Shown here: positions 63,225 to 64,000 of the stretch, piece after piece
Layout of the letters: every line of letters begins with the position of its first letter
Numbering within the stretch: the stretch's first letter is position 1
Assembly (NCBI GenBank): GCA_043228905.1
Contig: JBHGNT010000006.1
Coordinates: 22,320,001-22,384,000, forward strand
Origin: Azolla caroliniana
Taxonomy: Eukaryota; Plantae; Polypodiophyta
Length of the DNA: 64,000 nucleotides
Reading direction: 5' to 3'
The notes under the pieces: generated by a model
What the model saw: only the letters and a program-made list of their open reading frames with translations
The model's database searches: none
What the model was told of the DNA's origin: nothing
Translations under genes and position numbers: made by a program

Positions 63225-64000
63225 ATTTGAGAAGTTTCCGATTTGATCATCTGGGTCTTCTTTATCAAAAAGGTTGCTTCTGCAAAGTTTGTATTATATA
63301 CATATATAATGTATGTATACGCTGTTTTAAATGATTGCAACAATCTATTGATAAGTTTGCTTGAGATTTGTCTAATGTCTTGTAGCAGACAATTCTCGCA
63401 TTGGGCTCTTAATTTATTGGCGAGATGGAAAGTTACATACCATTGTTCTCAAAAGATCTTCCAATCTTTGGATTTTTGTATAGATTATAGAAAACTCCCA
63501 AAAAGAGATGGGACGTTTGATTTCAGGTGTAAAGACACTTTATTTGTCAATGATCTAATGACACAATTAATTGTGTGTGGTTTACAATGACCATGATTAT
63601 GATTGATTGGTGTTTAATTGCTTGATCATGCATATGTGAACACCCTCAAAGTTTATTTTATTTGGCAATACGAAGGCCAAAACAAATATATGATTTTGGT
63701 AATTATATATCGTAATAAGTGTATCATGCTTAATGCACATTTGAATATATGGAATGGATTGAAGGTTTGTCTACAATGCATTGTTGATGTGAATAGAATC
63801 GAGTAAAGTTTGACAATGGTCAATATCGACATTCCAACATGCCAAAATACAAACATTCACACAATAAAATTTTGTATGTACATATTTTGGTTGAAGGCTC
63901 TCTAGAAAATACCAAAATGTTATGCTTTGAACCACATTCCTAGCAAAATCACACCAGTCTTTTAAGTTTTAGTTCTCTTTTGGGTATTTAAAATGGAACC

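Overview
Eukaryotic land-plant genomic DNA (AT-rich, GT-AG introns, GA/CT and TACA microsatellites; the transposon content suggests a non-seed plant such as a fern, which is an inference). There are two intact host genes: a 3-coding-exon beta-tubulin (minus, CDS 21437-18852) and an 8-exon VPS4/SKD1 AAA ATPase (plus, CDS 54794-63224). A full-length, apparently intact L1-type LINE (24662-30984, 14-bp TSD) sits just upstream of the tubulin gene. Two clusters of nested LTR retrotransposons (1-12941 and 35158-51760) contain Ty1/copia elements and at least four LTR families (called A-D here) of one unusual Ty3/gypsy lineage. That lineage has a tRNA-Trp PBS, TGTCG...CGACA LTR termini, a D-H-G protease motif and an FLDD-type RT motif. 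Most notable: (1) LTRs of three otherwise dissimilar families carry an antisense tRNA-like Pol III A-box/B-box module with conserved 44-45 nt spacing; (2) this lineage inserts at CpG-centred RCGY 4-bp targets; (3) a conserved GATTTTTAG stop/slippery site follows the protease; (4) one element has its PBS plus gag start inverted.
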